A stretch of DNA of 64,000 nt, taken from the human T2T-CHM13v2.0 reference genome, Homo sapiens. Made by a program: the position numbers and the translations under genes. The notes beneath the pieces were generated by a model. The model saw only the letters and a program-made list of their open reading frames with translations. It had not been told where the DNA came from and made no database searches. The stretch is from assembly GCF_009914755.1 (NCBI RefSeq), contig NC_060934.1; one strand, written 5' to 3'. The stretch's first letter is position 1; each line of letters starts with the position of its first letter. Below are positions 56,755 to 64,000 of the stretch, piece after piece.

Positions 56755-58444
56755 TTTTTTTGTGTCGGCCTTCTGGGGTTGACAGCCCTTTCAGTGAGCA
56801 CAAAACCTCAGCTTGCATTTATTTTGATTTTCGTAGGTATCACTGTTGAAAAGAAGGAAAGCTGCCTATCACAGATGTTAAACAAACAATTGATTGTTTA
56901 ATGACTCTGCAACTGTGGTTTCCACCCTGGGTGTGGTGTAGCGCGTGCACATTTACACAACTTCCTTGGCATCGAAGTCGCTTAGAAGAATGCTTCGATG
57001 CGAGCAGATTTTCCGCCGTGACAAAATACACAGTTGAGGTTTTTTCTCTCTCTCTTTCACAGTTCTTGTCTACCAGCCCCTGGCAGAAATCACCATTTCT
57101 TCGGCGAAGGAATGCTACTTTCCAAAATCCTTTGGCAGAATCTCCTAGAGATTTGTTTTTCTGCTTCCTAATTTAGAAAGTCTTCAAAGAAAAAAAAAAC
57201 TTGACAAATTAATGTGAGAAGAAACGAACTGTGATTTAATTTTGCATTTCTTTCATGAAAAGTTTATCATGTATAACCAATAAAATTGGATAAGATGATT
57301 TTGGGGGAGAAAAGTAAATGAAAATGTGTTATACCCCAAGATCAGACTGTTCTTTTATTCTGAGTCAATAAGTAACATGTGATACAAACTCAAGATTTTA
57401 TTAAAATCATTTGTAAGTTAAATTAGCATATCTCGGTGGTGAAGGAAGACTTTTAATAAAGCAAAATAATGAGTTAGGTGAATCAACAGAAAGAGTGAAA
57501 AGTGTTAACAGTGACATTTAAATGGTTACATGATTTTAATTATTCTTTTGATAATAAGCAACCTTGTGATATCTATTCAAGAAAAGCCAGAGCCCACTAT
57601 GGAATTCGCAGTTGAATAAGAGCTTTGTTCCCTGCTTTTGGTAATGTTAAAGAAAGAAACAAATGGAAATGGTTTAAAGACCTTATAACAATCTCCCACC
57701 TAGCAAAAGAATCTAAAAGGTAAGGTGGGAAGCATTAGAAAGAGAGTGAAAAGAAAAATAAAAAAGGCCTCACACGCAGCATTGGGTTTATTTGAGAGAC
57801 AGGGCAAGAGAGAATGAAGTGTTGGAGAGAGAAGGTGCTGGAAGGCCAGCCGATGCCAATCCCTTCCTTATCTGTTCTTGGCTGCCAGGGGTTTCCGGCT
57901 GATCTTTTTCGATTTGTCATTATTCTTCTTCGGTGGTTCTGGGTTGGCCTGCATGTGTCTGCCGTAGAGGCTGCAAAGACAGAGAAAGGACACTATCAGA
58001 TCTATTTTGCCAACACAAGATAGCTTTCACTGGAAGAGCTTTCAGGAATAGAAGAATCTCCAAAAATATTCAGTAAGCCAAAGAAAACCAAAAGATCACT
58101 TCTGTGTTCTCTGGGTGCTACGCTGTGTTGAATATAAAATTCTCTTACACATGCACGCCATGCCATGATGTCCGATCACGGACCAGTCTCTTGGGATTTC
58201 ACACTCACTGGGAGAAGTGGTCAGGCCCTGCTCAGCCGTTCTGGACTGAAGTTCAAAAGCTTATGAGTGTTTAAGTCGACAGTGATAAAAATGGGATTGA
58301 ATGGAAGAGACAGAGTGTCCATTTAGTGAAAAGCGAGCATGATGCTTGGCCCGAAAGCCCAGGGGCTGGCTAATGGGACAGAGAGCAATGGTGTCCAAAT
58401 CTGTGCTGGCTGCTCACCCATGATGGATAGCGTGGGGCTGGCCA

Positions 58445-58675
58445 CCACACATCAATGCCACATTAATAAGTACCGCTGATTAAATGCTGACAAAGTGCCC
58501 TATAATTACGGTGGATGGCATTCATTGCGCAGCGAAGCTGGCTCCGTGGCTGAGAGGATTTAACTGAACAGCAGAAGGTAATTAATCGATAATTTATGAG
58601 TAATTCTGATTAAACCAAATTAAAAGCCACCCTAAAATAAATACAGCTCAAACTTAACTCCTTTTATTGATATAA
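58445..58675. promoter_or_regulatory. Candidate developmental enhancer (homeodomain-site cluster)
   Basis: Dense TAAT/ATTA cores plus AATCGAT, TTTATGA, TGATTAA x2, TGACA and ACAAAG in non-repeat DNA. Confidence 0.5.
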
Positions 58676-58885
58676 CTGTGTCTCCAAGAGAGCCTGGTGG
58701 GTGTCTCAGGTCCTCTGCAGCAAGGGCATACCCGGCTCCACAGCCCGCAGTTGCTGTGAATGAGGGTTGGCACAGAGCCTGACGTCCCTGTACCAGGTGG
58801 CCCAGCTCCAGCATCCACACAAGGAATATGCACACTCTCTGGATGCTGGCATCTTGGGCTGTTTAGCATATACTGGCGTCCGGCA

Positions 58886-59690
<805 letters not shown>

Positions 59691-60196
59691 AATACTAGTG
59701 TTCTTGATGACATCTCCACCATGGCTGACAGGCAGAGGGGAAGGGCTGGCAGATGGAACTGCCCAGTTGATTTTGTGATCCAGGAAAGCTGGACACTATG
59801 GTTTTGAAAGGCCATACTGTATTCTAACTATTCCAGTCTTCCAAGTGTTGCCTTGGAGGCGGTACAAGCAGGTTCCATCGGCGGTCACTCTCACGGAGTG
59901 TAGAACACAGGGTTCAGAGCTGGCCAGAGACAGACCTACGAGCCGGAGCGTGCACATCCAGCCAGGTGCTGGGATTGCACTCCAGGAAAAGGGGAGGCCA
60001 TTCTTTTGCATCAAGAAGTTTCCATATGTCCTAGACAGAGAACATAAGAGCCTGCAAATTGGCTTTCCACATCTCTAGGAATTAGTTTGGAGGCCTTTTT
60101 GCTTGTGTAATGGAGACAGTAGCCCTGTCCTGACCAGCCCGGCTGTGCCTCCTCTGAAGCCACAGAAGAAGAAACAACTCCTTAAGAGAATCTGAA

Positions 60197-60477
<281 letters not shown>

Positions 60478-60634
60478 TCAACCTATAGGGGCTCCCCCAA
60501 CCTACACTTTTAAAAGGGTCACGGGTCCCCCTGAAGACGAGGCCATGGGCACCTGGGGGTCCTGGGTCCTGTGTCCCAGGTGGGAGACCACTGGTTTAGA
60601 TAGGGAGTAAAGTTCAGCGGGTCCAACCTTGTCT

Positions 60635-60765
60635 CTGTTGCTGCCCCCAATTTCCAAAGATACCTGTGTTCAAGTCCTGAAACCTGGGAGTATGTTACCT
60701 TACATGACAAAAGGGGCTCTGCAGGTGTCGAAGTTAAGGACCACCCTGCATTAGCCATGTGGACT
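60635..60765 (+). mobile_element. MLT1D/E 5' fragment
   Basis: gaaacctgggagtatgttaccttacatgacaaaagggg. Confidence 0.65.
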
Positions 60766-61196
60766 CAACCCGTGTTCCTCCTCCTCGGCATCTCTCCCAG
60801 ACACAACAGATAGGCAGAGGAAATGCTCAAAGTAGATCCCTCCATTCTATTCCTCATCCTCCAAGCTCCGAAACATGCGTACTCCTCTAACAGCACCTGC
60901 CCTTGTCCTCAGATGTTGATCTACTCAGGGCCACTGACTCAATGCTCAAGGGCTTAGCACTGCAGAGTAATAAACCCTGGAGGCATCAGGTCTCCAAGCT
61001 CCCCTCACCTGGCAGGAAGCAAGGGTCTGACTCTGTGTCTTCACACAGGCACCTACGGCCTAGGTAGCTTCAGCTACACACACAGCTTCCTTCCAGCCTC
61101 AGAGATCTTTCCTCTGTTTCCCAAACCCCTTATCCGCACAGAGCAAAAAAATACGTATGTACATTTTTATTCAAAGATAGTTTCAAACTTTAAGGA

Positions 61197-61488
61197 TTAT
61201 TATTATTATTTTTTCAGATGGAGTCTTGCTCTGTCACCCAGGCTGGAGTGCAGTGGCAGTATCTCAGTTCACTGCAGCTTCTGCCTCCCGAGTTCAAGTG
61301 ATTCTCGTGCCTCAGTCTCCCAAGTAGCTGGAATTACAAGTGTGTACCACCATGCCTGCCTAATTTTTGTATTTTTAGTAGAGAGGGGGTTTCGCCACGT
61401 TGGACATGCTGGTCTCAAACTCCTGACCTCAAACGATCCACCCACCTTGGAAAGGCTGGGATTACAGGCGTGAGCCACGCACCTGGCC
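61197..61488 (-). mobile_element. AluS
   Basis: (ATT)n tail; TSD caaact.taaggatt. Confidence 0.94.
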
Positions 61489-61899
61489 TCCAAACTGTAA
61501 GGATTCTAAAAGTTGACAGAAAGATGACTCCACTGTTCATGCCCATGGAAACCTAGCAATACCCGAGTGTAAGGAAAGAGTCTTGGCAATGATAAGAGGT
61601 CAGCAGAGGGAGAGGAGCAGTAGGAATTGAGAGGAATTGACAAGGCCCTGCTTCGAGTCAAGTGTTGAATGCGGGAAGGGCTGAGGTGGGTGTTCAGCTT
61701 GGCCCTGACGATGGGGATCCAGGCAAGCGATTTCAGAAGGGGTTGCAAAAGCTGCAGGGCTCTTCTCCTTTTTCGGAGCGAACTGGAATGTTCCACTGTT
61801 TCAGTCTCTGCCTTTTTATATTCAGATCCCACTGTGTGTGTCTGAACATCCTGGGGCTGCAGAACAAGTCACTACAAAGGGCCAGGTGGGAGCCAGTGG

Positions 61900-62105
61900 C
61901 CCTGAACTTGCTGCTCAAATCCTGCTTTTGACGTTTATTAGCTGATGACTCTGGGCAAATGATCAGCAATGTTTGCCTCCCTCTCCGTGCCTCAGTTTCT
62001 TTATCTGTAAGCTAGAGATGTCGTTTGTCTTCCTTGCAGGGTGTTTCGGTAAGCCCAGCACCATGGCAAACCTACTGGAAGCAGTCAGCGAATGCTTATT
62101 GAAAA
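61900..62105 (+). mobile_element. MIR
   Basis: ctctccgtgcctcagtttcttatctgtaa core. Confidence 0.7.
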
Positions 62106-62539
62106 GTAGGACAGACATGGAGTTACAGTCAAGAGTGATTAAATCAAGATAATTATATGATTACCTTCCTTCTTTAGGGCTGTTTCCCCTGCAAAATAAC
62201 AGGGTATTTTCTATCAACACTAAATCCCCAAACACCTCTGGAACAAAGGTTTTAATCCTTTTTGAAGAAAGCAACTAAGACAGAGCTAAATGCATGGCCC
62301 ACTTCCTCAGTGAGTCATCGGCAGGGCTGGATGACGCTGCTGTCCGCCGCACGATCCTTTAACTCCTCCAGCTGTGTGGGCAGATGAGAGCTGGCGTTTT
62401 ACTAAGCGGCCATAAGTGGCCGTTTTCACAGGGATGTGGCTATGGCAGTGGCGGTGCAGTCACAACAAGCTCCAAAGTCTGGTGTTCCATTCCTGGCTCT
62501 GCCAGTTACGAGCCACGGGGCCTCAACTGGGCAAGTAAG

Positions 62540-63309
<770 letters not shown>

Positions 63310-64000
63310 GTAGGTGAGCCTCTCTGGGCCTGACAGGGTGGCCTGTCCGTGAGGATTCTGCTTAATTTCAATAGGGAAAATGAGTTTCTGGGATAAATTA
63401 AAAAGATGGAAAAATGAAAGAACCAAGACGCAGAGAGGCAAGGTGTGTCCCAAAGGAAAAATGGGTGTTGTTTCTACGAGAGGAAGTGCAAACAGCTTTG
63501 CAAACTGTCCCCTTGCTACTACGAACTGGCTGGTCCCTGTCCCACCATCCTCTGAAGCTAACACTCGTGGCTTGTGTTTTGCATGTACCTGGATTGAATT
63601 TATAGCAGTGACTGACTACAGAGGACAGAACAGTCAGTGCCATTGAAAGACAACCTATTCCTTGCAGTTCCTGAGAGGAAAGAGTGTGGCATACCATGCA
63701 GGGCCATGCGGGGAAGTGCCAGGATTGGCAAAAAACTTTTGTCCTGACCTCTTGTAACTTGTACTTTTCCCCCAGGGCCTTGGTGAACAAAGCTTCTCCA
63801 TCTCCTTCACCTGGGAAACGCCAACCATCCCTCAAACCCGGGCACCACTGTCCCCTCCTAGACAGCATGTGCCCTCAGGGCCACTGCAGCTCTCTGCTCA
63901 TGTGGTACCTGTCTGGCCCTACAGGAGCCCACCACATCCTGCACCAGGGATTCCTGGAGAACAGTCTCTGGGACTCACAGCCACCTCTGCCTTCGACACC

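Noticed and set aside
56527-56901. Plus-strand ORFs overlapping the 67-bp duplication
   Set aside because: The 124-aa one starts at TTG, not ATG; neither has supporting splice or poly(A) signals that I could identify; antisense to the better-supported ORF
62334-62356. REST/NRSE-like site (gctgtccg)
   Set aside because: Only one half-site matches; the TCAGCACC half is absent
63398-63868. 156-aa minus-strand ORF
   Set aside because: No recognisable homology; part overlaps a probable LTR relic near 63660-63725

Overview
Primate (human-like) genomic DNA, gene-poor and dominated by interspersed repeats: about 35 Alu copies or fragments, one full-length decayed L1PB-type LINE (about 18.2-24.4 kb, minus strand), MaLR solo LTRs (MLT1, THE1, MST), hAT and piggyBac non-autonomous elements (MER58A, MER1B, MER75), and L2/MIR/L1M relics. 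I recognise no established protein-coding exon, tRNA or rRNA; nearly all track ORFs are repeat-derived. Subfamily calls come from recall of consensus sequences, not a search. Three things are not explained by repeat annotation. (1) A recurring set of local templated duplications with snap-back hairpins, including a multi-template patchwork insertion inside an Alu (48861-49074) and a near-identical copy of an Alu plus its flank (36162-36380 vs 38870-39092). (2) A repeat-free block (about 56.3-58.9 kb) with a 125-aa minus-strand ORF that has a splice acceptor, strong Kozak context and a poly(A) signal, and whose C-terminal frame is set by a young 67-bp tandem duplication; this is a de novo gene candidate. 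(3) Homeodomain/SOX motif clusters that look like developmental enhancers.
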